Assembly: GCF_016433145.1 (NCBI RefSeq)
Contig: NC_058134.1
Location: forward strand, 131,344,765-131,408,764
Origin: Gracilinanus agilis
Lineage: Eukaryota
DNA: 64,000 bases
Direction of reading: 5' to 3'
Of the stretch, positions 1-13,363 are shown in pieces (the first letter of the stretch is position 1; every line of letters starts with the position of its first letter). The notes under the pieces are model-generated. The model did no database searches. It worked only from the letters and a program-made list of their open reading frames with translations, and was not told where the DNA came from. The translations under genes and the position numbers were made by a program.

Positions 1-134
1 CACGCTGTGCCCTGTTGTGGGGTTCCTCCGTTCGTCTGGACTTGTTTTTATGTCCCCTTGAGGAGTTTTGTGTGTTTCGGTCAGGAGAGGTTAAGAGCTG
101 CTTCTTACTCTGCTGCCATCTTAACCCGGAACCC
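1..134 (-). mobile_element. 5' end (5'UTR/internal promoter) of an L1 retrotransposon running off the left edge
   Basis: The reverse complement begins GGGTTCCGGGTTAAGATGGCAGCAGAGTAAGAAGCAGCTCTTAACCTCTCCTGACCGAAAC, resembling opossum L1 5' termini. It has a YY1 core (AAGATGGC, 115-122) and an upstream TT/AAAA endonuclease site (148-153). Confidence 0.75.
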
Positions 135-1419
135 AAATGTCATTGAATTTTAATAAAGATTTGAGCTCCCTTTTATTACTCCTAATTATTACTATTAATA
201 CTGAATTGATTGAGTAAAAAAATTTCTGCAAGAGTTTTGGTAGAAAGTATTTGGTTTGGATTGTGATTAATAAAGTGCATAATAAGCAAAGTGGAAAAAT
301 GAAAAATTATTCATTAATTTGGCCCTTCTAAATGAGAGCTGAAATACAAAATTTTTAGTGGTGTGTTATCACAGGATGCCAAACCAGGAGCCCTGCAGAT
401 TGGAAGAATTTCCTAAAATACTATTTCTCCAACCCAAATTATATGGAACAATGGTAGAATATTAACTAGGGGATATTGGAGTAGAAGTGGGAGGATTCAA
501 CTTCTAAGTTGTTAAAGAGACAACCTTTTGAAGCAAAAGTTTAACAAGGTGGTAGATGGAGAATTCTGATCTAAAACTAATTTGATTTCTTTATCTATCA
601 AAAGACTGTAATGAAAGCACACATAGTTCTAAAATTTGTGGGAGAAAGTGATGTTACCCTTTGTTATCCAATGCAGTTTTTAATAAGATTCAGTATTCCC
701 TTGGAAGTAAAGTGTTGAGACCTTCCAAATTTTGATAGATTGAAATACTGTTATAATAAATGTATTGCCAGAAATCCAGTGCCTGGTCTAGTACAGCATC
801 TGGCACATAACAGACACTAAATACTTGACTGACTGAAAGCACATTTCCTGATTTCATGACAGAATACTGCTGACACTTAGCCTCTGGAGAGCAAATTACC
901 AAGAGAAAAGAAATGCTGACATGTAGCACACAATTTCACTACGTACCTCTCTTCTGCCAAGTACTTGTGTTTTTTATTATTTATACTATCTCTTCAGTAG
1001 AGCACAACTAAGTTAACTTTTATAGTTTCTTTCAAAATCATATAATTTGTTGGCCCAAAGAACCCTCTGTTTCCTCTCAATATCTCTGCCACCATCACTG
1101 CTGAAGGAAAAGAACCACAGGACTGAGGGCCATTTTATACATCTACTTATTTCAGTGGTTATTTGTGAGAAATCTTGAGAGTGGGGTTTTCAGTTGGATC
1201 TTTGAGGAGACGGGTGAATTGATGAGGAGATGGGTGAATTGATGGGTCATTTCTTGATGTTAAGTCATGTCATATCTTGCTGACCATTCAGCTTGGGGAC
1301 AGGTTTTTGTTATTGTTATTGTTTTTAAACCTGAATTACCTATCTTAGAGGTCATTTCTGAGGAAATCTCTTTGGGTCTTTGTGAAACTTAAAATACACT
1401 ATAAGCATATTACTTTAAA

Positions 1420-2045
1420 TTATAAGTCCCCAACCTCTTTTCCTCACTACCTACTTATTCTATGACTCCTCGTGATCTTGATTTGTCTCCTCTGTTTTTG
1501 GAATGTGACCATGTCATTGACTCATCTGCATTCTCCCCATCACACCCCAAGTTTTTATCCCTTTGGACTCCTCCATCATTTGATACTTCACTATCCCATA
1601 TTGGCATCTTCTCCTTCTGTGCCTTCCATGATGCTTCCCCTGTCCTATTTTTTTTCCTATAACCTGAATTACTCTATCTCCTTTAATAGCTTCTCTTCCT
1701 CCTTCCTACCCACTTACTCCTGTTGTCTCTCAAAGTTCTTTCCTAGACCTTCTGCTTTTTTTTAATTTCATCTTAGTTGTCACTTCTATGATCTGACTGA
1801 CGTTAGTTGATGTTGTGTGTATCTCCAATACTAAACTATCCCCTCTCCCAAATTCCAGTCTGCTTGTCAAATGCCTTTTAAACAGCACCACCACTTTCAC
1901 ATTAAACTCAATATGTCTAAAATTGATCATTTCACTCTAAGCTATCTTCCTAACCTACTTTTTTTCTTTCAGTTATATAAATATCCCCTTTATTTCAGGT
2001 GCTCAAATTTGAAACCTTGAACCTTTCCTCATTCTTCCTTGCTTA
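1420..2045 (+). mobile_element. Degenerate L2 LINE fragment
   Basis: Pyrimidine-rich L2-like motifs (cacattaaactcaatatgtctaaaattga; caggtgctcaaatttgaaacct). Boundaries approximate. Confidence 0.55.
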
Positions 2046-4458
2046 TTTTCTTTTCACATTAAAAGTTTTTAATTAAGATATATAAGTAGTGAAGATAAAA
2101 AGAAAGGTAAATGAGTAGTAGTCGTATTTTGTTTCCTATAGCTAATTTTGCTCATATCTCCACTGCTTCTTGCAGCAGATTCAGAGACGAATACATTTAC
2201 TTCAGAAATCAAAATGCCAGTGGGATAAGCCTAAGGTTCAGTGCCTTCTCCTTGTGAAGTACTGAAGGAGTTTACTGGGGGCAGGTGAGGATCAACTGTC
2301 CTGAATTCCATGCCCAACAAATCACCAAGTCATACCAAGTCATTTGCATTGCCAAACCGTGTATTTGTATTTTCTCCTGGTGGCAATAGGAGGCCACTGG
2401 AGTTTATTTAGTAAGAGGTGACTTGATTACACCTGAAATTGTAGGAAAACCATTTTAGTGGCCTATATGTGTTTTACCTTCTGACAAGTTTAGATGAAAG
2501 TAAAGTTTAAGTTCTGACTACTCCTCATATTCCTTCTTCTATGGTTGAATAAAATTCTAGAAAAACTAGATGTGAAAAATTCCTAATTATTGTTGAATGG
2601 GGACAGAAAGAGAAGTGTACATATCTTTCAGCTGTGTATGCTACCTTTACAAAAACTGATTATGTCTCACAAACAAACGCAGAGAACCAGAAAAATTATG
2701 CACATTACATGCTTATTATAATCAAATAAAATTATGTTGAATAACATTAAAAATCCAGTGGAGACTAACTTAACTCTTAATAAGGGAGTTCAGAACAAAA
2801 ATGGGAAACTATAGATCAGTGTCCCTAGTGCATTTAATACAACATTTGAAAATAATATACTAGCAAAGAGGCTAAAAATGATGCTATATTTTGATTAGGT
2901 TAGACATGCCAGAAATATGGGCTTAAATATTAATCGAACTATAAATTTAGGCATATTAATAATAAGAGTAACAAAATACCATGACCAATAAATGTAGAAA
3001 ATATCTTTGATTAACTACAATACATATTGCTAACAAAAACACTAGAAAATGTAAAAGTAAATGGATCTTTCATTAAAATGGTTATTTAAAAAGATCTAAA
3101 ACTTAGAGCCAGAATTATGTATTTTAGGGAAAAATTTGAATATTTCCCAATAAAATCTGAGGTGAAAAAAGGATGTCACTAGAAATATTGGCTATCTCAA
3201 CAAGAAAACAAAAGGAAACTGAAGAATAAACAATGCCAAAAAAGAAGAAAAATGAGCAGATTTTTTTGCAGATTATATATCACAGTGTATTTATATAAGC
3301 CTAGGGCTGCAACTAAAATTAATTGAAATAATATCTTTAACAAAGTTTCAGGACACAAAATAAATCCACACAAATCATTAATATTTCTTTATAAAACTAA
3401 TAAAATCCAGCAGAAAGAAATAGAACAATTCCATTTAAAAATAATTTTTTGTTGTTCAGTTATTTTAGTTTTTGTCCTTAATCTTGGTGGTCCCATTTGA
3501 GGGTTTCTTGGCAAAGATACTGGTTTGACATTTTCTTCTCCATTAAAATTAACTATGGAATGTATAAAATATTACCACTACATACATAAGAAGTATATAA
3601 ATATAACTATAAACTGTCATTTGTAGAAATAAAGATTAATCATAAATGATTTATGAATAATCATAAAACTATTAGTTGTTCACTGGTAGAATGTCAATGT
3701 AATAAAAATGATAATATTATAGTACAAAAATTAAGTTACTTATTCAATGCTATACCAATCAAACTACCAAAAAAATTTATTTTGTAGAACTAGGAAAAAA
3801 AGTAAAATTCACATGGAGGCCAAAAGGTCACTAATCCTAAGGAAAAAAGGAAGAAAATGGAAACAAAGGGGGTCTGATAGTACCAGACCTTAAACATACT
3901 ACAAAGTGGTAATCCTCAAAACATTGTTACTGGATAAAAAATAAAGACTAGCCAGTGGAACAGATTAGGTACACAACATCCAGAAGCATAAGAATGTAGT
4001 AGCCTTGTATTTTACAAATACAAATAATTATACACAAGGACTGTTAAAAATCCAGGGGAATTTGGATTGTAATATAGAAGAAATTAGATTTTGACTAATG
4101 TCACAGTAGGTCCAGAGATAAGCTCCAAATGGATAGGTGACTTAGATAGAGTCACATCTTTAAACTATTAAAGGAAAATGGGAGGAGGGATGATTCATGA
4201 CCAACCAAGGAACTGGGAGGTTCACAGAAGAGAAAATAGGTGATCTTGATGACATAAAAATACAATTGTTGCTTAAACAAATATAGTAAAGCTTAGATTA
4301 AAAGGGGAAAAATTAATTGTTAAAAATCTTTGCAGTAATTTTTTTCCAATAAATGGCTACTATCCAAGATATATGAGGAACTGATGGAATTTTTTTAAAG
4401 CCATTTCTTGATTGATGGTCTAAGACACGAGCAAGCAGCTATCAAGAGAAGAAATCAA

Positions 4459-4648
4459 GGGGGCAGCTGAGTGGCTCAGTGGATTGAGAGCCAGGCCGAG
4501 AGATGGGAGGTCCTAGGTTCAAATCTAGCCTCAGATATATCCTAGCTGTGTGACCCTGGGCAAATCACATTGATTAGCCCTTACTACTCTTCTGCCTTAG
4601 AACCAGTACACAGTATTGATTCTAAGATGGAAGCTGTTTTAAAAAAAC
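4459..4648 (+). mobile_element. SINE-1_MD-like tRNA-derived CORE-SINE
   Basis: ggggcagctgagtggctcagtggattgagagccagg head with A/B boxes, core gtgaccctgggcaa, A tail. Confidence 0.85.
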
Positions 4649-5057
4649 CAAAGAAACCAAGGCCATCTATAGGCATATAAAAATGCTCTAAATCACTATT
4701 TAGAAAAATAATTAGAGAACTTCAAATGAAGTGATTCTGAGGTTCTACTTTACCTTCTTCAATTGATAAAGATGACAAAAATGAAAAATTGCAAACCTTG
4801 AATGGCCTGTAGGAAAACAGACACATTGATTCAGCAATTTGGAATTATATGAAAGAAGCTACTTGAGTGCATGTCTGACCCAGTCTATACCCGAAAGGGA
4901 TTTTCTATGTGCAAAAATATTTGTAGCATCTCATCTTGTAGTGGCAAAAAACAAACTAGAAACTAAGGAGGTGCCCAATAAAATAATTGAGGAATGTTTA
5001 AACAAATTATGGCATATGACTATTATGTAATACTATTGTGCTAAAAGAAAGAAAGAA

Positions 5058-5258
5058 GGGCAGCTGGGTAGCTCAGAGGATTGAGAGTCAGGCCTAGAGA
5101 TGGGAGGTCCTAGGTTCAAATGCGGCCTCAGACACTTCCCAGCTGTGTGACCCTGGGCAAGTCACTTGACTCCCATTGCCTAGTCCTTACCACTCTTCTG
5201 CCTTGGGGCCAATACACAGTATTGACTCCAAGATGGAAGGTAAGGGTTTAAAAAAAAA
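5058..5258 (+). mobile_element. SINE-1_MD-like SINE
   Basis: Full head-to-tail copy ending ggaaggtaagggtttaaaaaaaaa. Confidence 0.9.
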
Positions 5259-5499
5259 GAATTATGGCTAACACAATGATTATCTATAATTTCAGAAGAG
5301 TGTTGATGAAACAAGCTCTCTACCTCCAAAGTGAAAGTGATGATGGATTCAGGGTACAGAAACAAGACAATTTTTTTACCCTGGCCAATGAGAGAATTGT
5401 TTTACTTGACTGGGCATATTGCAGGGAATTTTTTCTTATTTTGATTATTTCCTTAATGGGGTGAGGTGGGAAGGAGAAAAAAATAGATTTCTATTAAAT

Positions 5500-6770
5500 A
5501 AAGTTTAACAGAAGAATGACATGTAATGGAAATGGAAATAATTGTTAGAGACTTCTTGTTCAGTAAATTTAACAAGAAAAGGGTAGAAGGAAGCAGCTAA
5601 ATTAATCTTAATAAAATATTGGATTTTTAAAAAGAACATATTTGCAGCATATTTTTATGTGTTGAACAAGGAGCTAATGGAGAAAGGGGGGAAAGAAGAT
5701 GCTAGAAGGAAAGACATAATTGAATGAACAAGTTACTGGAAGAGATGGGTTGGAAAGATGTCATGTGCAAAGACAGAGAGGTTAGCTTTGGAGGGATGAG
5801 ATTTGTTTTGATTCTAGGATGAAGAAAGAAGTGATTATATAGATGATACATAATATGTAAAGGAATCATTATGGGACACATCTTCTTTAGCAAACTAGGA
5901 GCTTAAGATATGCTAAGGATATTTCCATGCCTTTATCTTTTCAGCAAAGTAGGAACTAAAATGGTCTACTAAAGATAATTTAGTAGAATTAGAAGTTTGA
6001 GAATAGAAATTTGAAATAGGTTTTTTTCAAGAGTGCACTCGAGAATTAAGGAGAGCATCCCTATGCTGATGTATGTGACTATCTAATCTTCATACTTTTC
6101 CACATGTTGAACCTCCCCCTTTGTTTTTTTTTTACAAAAAAACTAAATTTACTTCAATGTGCATTTATTAACAGCCTAGTGTATGCAGGACACTATATGT
6201 GCCTAATATCCATATGTAAATAACCATACTAGAAAATAAAACATAAGAGCATCCTAAAAGTTTGAGCAAAATCCTACAGGTGGTTCAAGACAGTGAAGGT
6301 CAGTACTAACTAGGAGATAATAAAGATATCCTGGAGGAAGTTGCCTCTGAATTGGGTTTTAAAGTTTGAGTAGAAATTCTTTAGGCAGAGAGAGATGGAA
6401 ACGCACTTTAGTTACAGGGACAGCATGAGTAATGACAAGAAGCAGGGAAGCAAAGAGTACATATTGAGGGCAATGAGTGGTCCAGTTGAACAGAAGCATA
6501 AGGTATTTGGTGGAAATTTGGTGTGAGGTAAAGCTGAAAAGGTGAATGCCGCATGTGTCATGGGACCTTGAATGACAAGCAAAGGACTTTGAACTCGACT
6601 TGATAGAGAACAAAGCTAGATCTAAAGGTTCTGAGTGATAGGACTAGACAGACAGATGCAGAAGATAAATCTGACAAAGGTATAATGATGATGGGAAACC
6701 TGAGATAATGGAGGTGTGAAGACTTGTTGAGAGAAAGAGACAGCCTAGCAATAGTGAATAGACAGTGGTC
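5500..6770 (-). mobile_element. Degenerate L2 fragments
   Basis: Purine-rich antisense L2-like motifs (ctgaattgggttttaaag; gaccttgaatgacaagcaaaggactttgaac). Confidence 0.5.
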
Positions 6771-6771
6771 A

Positions 6772-7025
6772 GCTAGGTGATGGGCAGTGAGGTAGTGCAG
6801 TGGATAGAGTACTGGGTCTGAAGTCAGGAAGACTCCTCTTAAAGAGTTCAAATCCAGCCTCAGATATTTACTAGCTGTGTGACCCTGAGCAAGTCACATA
6901 ACCCCATTTGCCTCAGTTTCTCTAACAGTAAAATGAGCTAGGAAAGGAAATGACAATTTACTCCAGTATCTTTGCTAAGAAAACCCTAAATGGGGTCATG
7001 AAGGGTCAGACATACTTGAAAAATA
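6772..7025 (+). mobile_element. MAR1-like CORE-SINE with RTE-type 3' tail
   Basis: Core followed by aaggaaatgacaatttactccagtatctttgctaagaaaaccctaaatggggtcatgaag. Confidence 0.8.
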
Positions 7026-8489
7026 TTGGATAGAAAAGGCCTCAAGAGTTAAGACTTGGATTCAAGACATCCCTTTTATTCATAGCAGCTGTATGATCTC
7101 ACACAAATTCTCTAATTTCTCAGTGATCAACACAGCTCTCTAAGGCTCTCAATCATAGAGCAGGTGCACACATACATTACGAAGAGTATACTTTCTCCTC
7201 AGAGTTCACTACATCAAGGAAATTACTTAAAAGATTAAAAGAATGAAACAAAGGAAAGTGCCAAGGACCTCTCTACACTTGGGTAGTGATAGTGAGGAAA
7301 GACACAAGAAGACCCATGGAAGAAATATCACAATTTGGTAGAGTCATCAGAACTAACCTTCTTAATATTGTTCTTCATTACCTTCTTTTTGTTGCACTGG
7401 CCATTGCTCATCTCTAGAGTGGACTCCTTCCTCATTCCAACATTTTAGAATCTCTAGGTTCCTTCAAGAATCAGCTGAAACTGCACTTTATAAATGAACT
7501 TTTTCTTAATTCCTTCCAGCTGCTAGTGTATCTTCTCCCTGCCTCACTTCTGCCCTCAAAGTCAGTCAATAAACAGGTTTATCTAAGTACATATAAATGC
7601 TGGTGTTACATAGAAGAAATGAAAATAGTTCCTGCCCTCAAGGATAATACATTCTAAAAAGCAGATAATTGCGAGGGATTACCCCTTTCTTATATGGACT
7701 TTTATTTCCTTAAAGGGGAAGAAAATGGACATTCTATGAGAAAAGAGGAAAAAAACCACTTGAGGAAAACTATCTAGAGTTCTGAGAACCTGGGAGAAAA
7801 CATGCCTTTGGATAAAAGTATTCAGAGGAATTGTGTGAGTGAAAGCATCTCAAAGGCAAGACCGAGGGCTAGAAAAGAGCATTGTTTCCCAGCAATGATA
7901 TGACTGTTTTCAGGATTTTGTAGTCAATTGTTGGAAAACTTCATCAAATAACAGTTTGGGAAGCATGGGAAAATGTATGTGAACTATTTCTGTCATGCCT
8001 AGCTGACAGGTGTGGATCTGAAGTTTCTTAATCTAAGAGATTAGTCCTTGTTTGAGGCATTAGGAAAAAATATGATAAAAGCAGCTCACTGAGAAGACTG
8101 CTTAGAGAAGAAACACAAAAGCTAGAAAAAGAGAAGCTAAGAAAGGGTTATGGGAAGCCAATAAAATGGAAGGCCTGACAGAAAATGAGCTTAGTTGACA
8201 AGAAGTGAATAGTTTATAGTTGATGGAAAGAGCTAATATGTTTAGGAGAAGCTTTAATGTTGGTAGCTGATTGGCAATACATCCTGTATGTAAAAGTTTA
8301 CTTGAGGTAAAGGTTGTATTGCTTTCTTATAGCCTCTAAAATACTTCCTTTCTTGCTCTTTGCTATCTTCTATGTCTTGAGAGGGGAAAATATACCCCAC
8401 CTCACTCCCCAGCCTATAGAAAGCTGAATAGCTTTGCAGATCCCAGGATTAATGGAAACTATTTTACACTAAAAGAAAGTCACACCAGG

Positions 8490-8905
8490 AATTGATACAG
8501 AGCAGGAGCAGAACCAGGAGAATATTGTGCACAGAGACTGATACATTATGGCACAATTGAATGTAATGGACTTCTCTACTAGCAACAGTGCAATGACCCA
8601 GGACAATTCAGAGGAACTTAGGAGAAAGAATTCTATCCGCATCCAAAGAAAGAACTGTGGGAGCAGAAATGCAGAAGAAAACCTATGTTAGATCACATGG
8701 CTCGATGGGGATATGATTAAGGTTTTAATGTTAAAAAAATCACTCTATTGCAGCTATGAATAACATAGAAATAGGCTTTGAACAGTGATACATGTATAAC
8801 CCAGTGGAACTGCTTGACAGCTCCAGGAGAGGGGAGGGAAGGCAGGGGGAATCGTGTAACCATGGAAAAATATTTTAAAGAAAAAGAAAAAAAAGAAAAA
8901 AAATC
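8490..8905 (+). mobile_element. L1 3' end (marsupial L1 3'UTR) with A tail
   Basis: gagcagaaccaggagaatattgtgcacagag...gggagggaagg...aaaaagaaaaaaaag. Same family appears antisense at 25264-25522. Confidence 0.8.
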
Positions 8906-8962
8906 ACTTCCTCAGTGTCTAACAGAGAGATAAGAAAGGCAGCTGTCCAAATCTCAACTTTA

Positions 8963-9152
8963 GGGGCAGCTGGGTAGCTCAGTGGATTGAGAGCCAGGCC
9001 TAGAGACGGGAGGTCCTAGGTTCAAATATGGCCTCGGACACTTCCCAGCTGTGTGACCCTGGGCAAGTCACTTGACCCCCATTGCCTACCCTTATCAATC
9101 TTCCACCTATAAGTCAATACACAGAAGTTAAGGGTTTAAAATTAAAAAAAAA
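8963..9152 (+). mobile_element. Young SINE-1_MD-like SINE with 14-bp target-site duplication
   Basis: TSD aaatctcaacttta at 8949-8962 and 9161-9174. Confidence 0.9.
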
Positions 9153-9844
9153 ACTCAACTAAATCTCAACTTTAAATCTGATGTAAGCTAGAAGAGCATA
9201 ACTGCTTCAATAGCCTAGGAATAGGAAACACCTTCATCCAGAAGGAAAGCAGAGGTTCAGAAGAGGATGGGGAAGTAACAGTTTTAGTTTTTCTGAAATT
9301 ATTAAGAAATATGTATTCCTCCAGCCTGACCCACTGCCCTTCTGGAAAGGGGGTAGGACAAAAGTTAATTCACCAGAAAATAGATCGGGGAGGAAACTAA
9401 ACTTAGCTCTCGTCTAGACAATACCATTGCCTTCCCACTTACCTGAAATGACTGGTATCAAGATCTACTCAATTCATTCAAGGATTAAAATGATATTCAT
9501 CATCAGAGGAAAGCTTTTTTAATTCTTGAAGGTTAAGGAAGAAATCTTGTGGTTCAAGTAGTGACTACTGGAACCTTAACCTAAATCCATATTTTAACAA
9601 AGTACAACCTTTTCCTGCTTCATGACTCTTATGTCACTTCTAAGTGCGTTGGGAAAGAGAAATAATTCAAGGGAATAGGGATAGGGAAGTGGACAATGCC
9701 AGTTTGTAAATTTCTCTCTAAGATAGAAAAGCCTGGGTTTTGGAATTATATTAATAAATATTGCTTCTGTCAGATAAGTTCCCAGAATACAGAGTACAGA
9801 TAATTTTAAAGTTTTTTCTTTGTCTTTGTACCGTACGGTAAATT

Positions 9845-10030
9845 GGTTGTTCAGTCATTTTGTCATGTCCAACTCTTTGTGATCTTCTTTGGTGGTTTCC
9901 TGGTTTGCCATTTCTTTCTCCAACTTATTTTACAGATGGGGAAAATGAGCCAAACAGGATTAAATGACATGCCTAGGACCATACATTAAGTGTCTGAGGC
10001 TGGATTTGAACTCATGAAGATACAGTTTCC
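9845..10030 (-). mobile_element. MAR1-like SINE
   Basis: Antisense RTE tail (ttgttcagtcattttgtcatgtccaactctttgtga) plus core. Confidence 0.7.
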
Positions 10031-10559
10031 TTATTCTAAGCCTGGTGTCCACATAATATATTCAATTTTCTAAAGACTTCACTGATATCCAGCTTGTAGT
10101 CCAGAGTTCTGAATAGCACTAAACATGTGGGTTTCCCTCCTCATATGTCTCACTGCTAAGTTTCTGCATGTGTCCTTTCTCCTCCATGACTACCATGTAG
10201 ATTTGTGGGAGAGTGAGAACCAGGTTTTTGTGGGGTGGGGAGGGAAGGACTTATCTTTAGATTATTCCTAATATTGCATATTTGTCTTTTAATTATTTCT
10301 GATGTTGCCTTCTATTTAGCTAATGCCCCATGTTAGGATGATTTTTGGTTTTGCTTTCTCATTTTCTCAATCTTTCATGTTTAAGAGTTAATGGTGTTGG
10401 GACTAATTCATGTAAGTGTGGAACATATTGGTAGATTCTCAAGAGTTATAATTGTGGATATATTTCCCGACACCAGGATATTCCCATTGTCCACAAAACC
10501 CTTCTCAGACCTGACAACCTAAGTGTAGGTTAGAGTAACGAGTCCAGAAAAAGAGAAGG

Positions 10560-11400
10560 TGGGAGAGTACAATTACTTTGGGTGCCATACCTTCTATCCA
10601 CTCTCTCCAATATAAGTATGTATGAGATCAACGAGTTAGAAGTCTCAGAATTAAAGGCAACACTATTTATTTATACACATGTTGTCTGCCCTATTAAATG
10701 TAACATATGGACTGCTTTACTCTTGTCTTTGTATCTCCAGCGCTTAGAACAATGCCTGGCACATACTGACTTTTAAGTAACTCTTGATTAGTTCATTGAT
10801 TAAGGAAAAAAGGAAAGCCAAAGATAACTCCATGGTTTTGAGTATGGAAAGCCTGGGAGAATAGCGATGCAAATGAAAATGAGTGAAGAAAGACTGAAAA
10901 GTATGTTTGTGGGGAAAGCTCTGTTAGATATATTGGGTTTGAGGTACTAGAGGATATTCAGGTAGAGATTTCCCATCAAAAAGTGGGTGGGCAGCACAGA
11001 TCAAGACTAAGGATACATATTTGATAGTGATACACAGAAATGACAGTTGAAATCATGGGATCAAGTGAGACTGCAAATGGAAAGGTAAAAGAAGTTGTAG
11101 AAGAAAAAGAGGAAATCAAGGACAGACTTCTGTCTAAGCCTCTTCTTGGTTAAGAAAGAGCTTCTGGTGAAAGGAATGATTAGGGAGATTTAAGAAGGGA
11201 GAGGAGAGAGTTATACCAGAAAATAATTTTTAAAAAGTATCCACGTGGAAACAGTGTCAAACGCCACTGAGAGGTCAAGGATAGCATTGGACCAAATAAG
11301 GTCATTGGGTCTACAATTATTTTATTAGTGACCCTTGAAAAACAATTATAGTAAAATAGTGGTGAGTTAAGCCAGAAAGCAAAGGGTTGAGGAATGGATA
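10560..11400. mobile_element. L2 fragments (3' end on + strand, then an antisense piece)
   Basis: L2 3'-end motif cttgtctttgtatctccagcgcttagaacaatgcctggcacata, followed by purine-rich antisense L2. Confidence 0.55.
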
Positions 11401-13363
11401 GTGGTCAAACTTCGCTAATCATGCCTCATTTTTATGCCTTAATATTTAAGGCAACCGTTGGAGAATTCTACTATTGTACTAATGAAGAGGGGACCTTTTG
11501 TACAGAACATTTCACAAATTAGCCAGTCACTGGAGAGTAGTACTTGAGGTTTTAATAACAGGAAAATGTGTTATCTGTTTTGACAGGTTTCATCTAGGGT
11601 GGTTCTCTTTTTTCTCTTAAGGTTATGCACTCTGTTAGATGAAATAAAATTTTAATAAGAGTTTGCATTAATGAACTTATTAAGAGCCTTCTCTCTCTTT
11701 TATAAGAACTATTTCTTAGAGAAATGGTTCTGAGTCATTAGGCATGCCAGCTATTTGGGTGAAGGAGAAGGTAAATCCCCAAAGTGAAAATTCTGAAAAA
11801 ATGTCTTCCTGTACCATATATGTTCTATAATTATGTAGTGTATCAATATGATCATATTAACCTGTTGGTGAACTATTATATTATACTTATATTAATATCA
11901 CACATTTATATACCATCCATATATGATACATATGTACTATGTAACCACTATAGAAAGTGGGTTAGCTTTACTCTAGAGAAGTGATCCTTCACAGTATTTC
12001 TCTGGTGTATAAATGTACCAGTAATTTATTTCAAGGTCTAGGACGATCATACTCCCTTTGAAAAGCTTTGATTAGAATTATAGGGTACCTTGATATTATT
12101 TAAGACTGAAAACTGTCTATAAAGAGTATCCTTTCTGAAACTGACCTAGTTTACAAGATTTTAGGTGCTTGTTGGTATTACAGTAAAAATATAATTACAA
12201 TATGGCTTTGGGCTGAGTATTAGTTGGAATTGACACACTTTCATTCAATTTATTAAATCCATCATAGGTTGATGAAGATTAGCAGTGATAGCTTGCTTTT
12301 TGGTATTTCTTCCTAGTTAAAAACCAATATGGGTAGGCAAAAAAGATTATCCTCAGGACTTAGGTTTTAAATAATTTGTCATCATGATAAGATGATGAAT
12401 GAGATTATGGGAACTGATGGAAGGGATCTTGGAAAAACACCAGGTTTCTTGATTTTATTTTTTTCAAGACCATCTGCGTAATTGTTCTGTGTTTTAGGGA
12501 GGGAGGATTGAGAGAGACTGCTATTTCTGGAGTAAGAGTCCTTTTTGCCTTCTCCATTGCAGGATTTAATTACTATAGTTTGTCTATGGAAAAACTTAAT
12601 TATCATACTTGTTAACTGCATGATTATTTTCCCTTGGAAAAGGTGCAGTGAGACACTAATAAGTCACTGCAAAGGATAAAAAAAAATCTGTATATCCTAT
12701 GAGCTGTTGTTTGTGGGACAAAGGATAGGGAAAATTAGTAGACAAGATAATTAAGATAACATGTAGTACTGGTTCAAATCAGCTTGTGATCAGAAATTGT
12801 GGGTGGTGAGGGAAGGACTACAAGAGGATTAGGAGACAAGGTTAGGAAAAAAAACAACCACCACCAGAAATTCAAAATTGACCTCTTTAGCTTCAACCCC
12901 AGGACATCGAGATATAAACTGAGAGACCAGTGATTCTAGACCTCTTTGGAATCTGACCTTCTATTAAATTAAAAAAAAAATACCTCCTCAACCTCTTTCT
13001 AAGTCCCTTTTGACTATATTTTAAAAAAATTCAAGTAGAGCAGTATTAATTGTCTTAAGGATTTGAGGAAAATTAAACTATGGCTCTTGAGATAATTAGA
13101 TGTCCCCTGAGGGGTTATTGCTGAAGGGAATGGATTACATTCTCTAAATGTTTAGCTTAAGATGTGTAATTATGTGTATTTAGAATTTATAACAAACATA
13201 GTTTACTTCCCAGAGGGAGAGAGTAAAGCTTATCCAGGTCAGGAGGCTAAACAGAAAAAGAAACGAATGTTTAGTGTGACCTACCAATTCAAGCTCTCAG
13301 TAGGAGAAATGTACTTCATTTCTAAAGCATTAGTTGCTTGCTTTGCTGTGTGTCATAGCTGAG

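Larger units (their letters stand above)
2850..5480 (+). mobile_element. Old, fragmented L1 ORF2/3' remnant interrupted by SINEs
   Basis: A-rich with L1 ORF2-like segments (aacaaagtttcaggacacaaaataaatccacacaaatca; caatgctataccaatcaaactacc; tttgtagcatctcatcttgtagtggcaaaaaac). Many stops and frameshifts. Confidence 0.8.

Noticed and set aside
2176-2284. Exon-like segment on + (cttcttgcag/...GGCAG/gtgagg)
   Set aside because: Stops in all three frames, no similarity to AASS, and it overlaps L2-like sequence.
4459-4540. tRNA-like heads with A/B boxes (repeated many times)
   Set aside because: These are SINE heads, not tRNA genes; there is no full cloverleaf.
11451-11522. Acceptor-like site followed by ATVGEFYYCTNEEGTFCTEHFTN*
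   Set aside because: Weak pyrimidine tract, no protein I recognise, and no partner exons.
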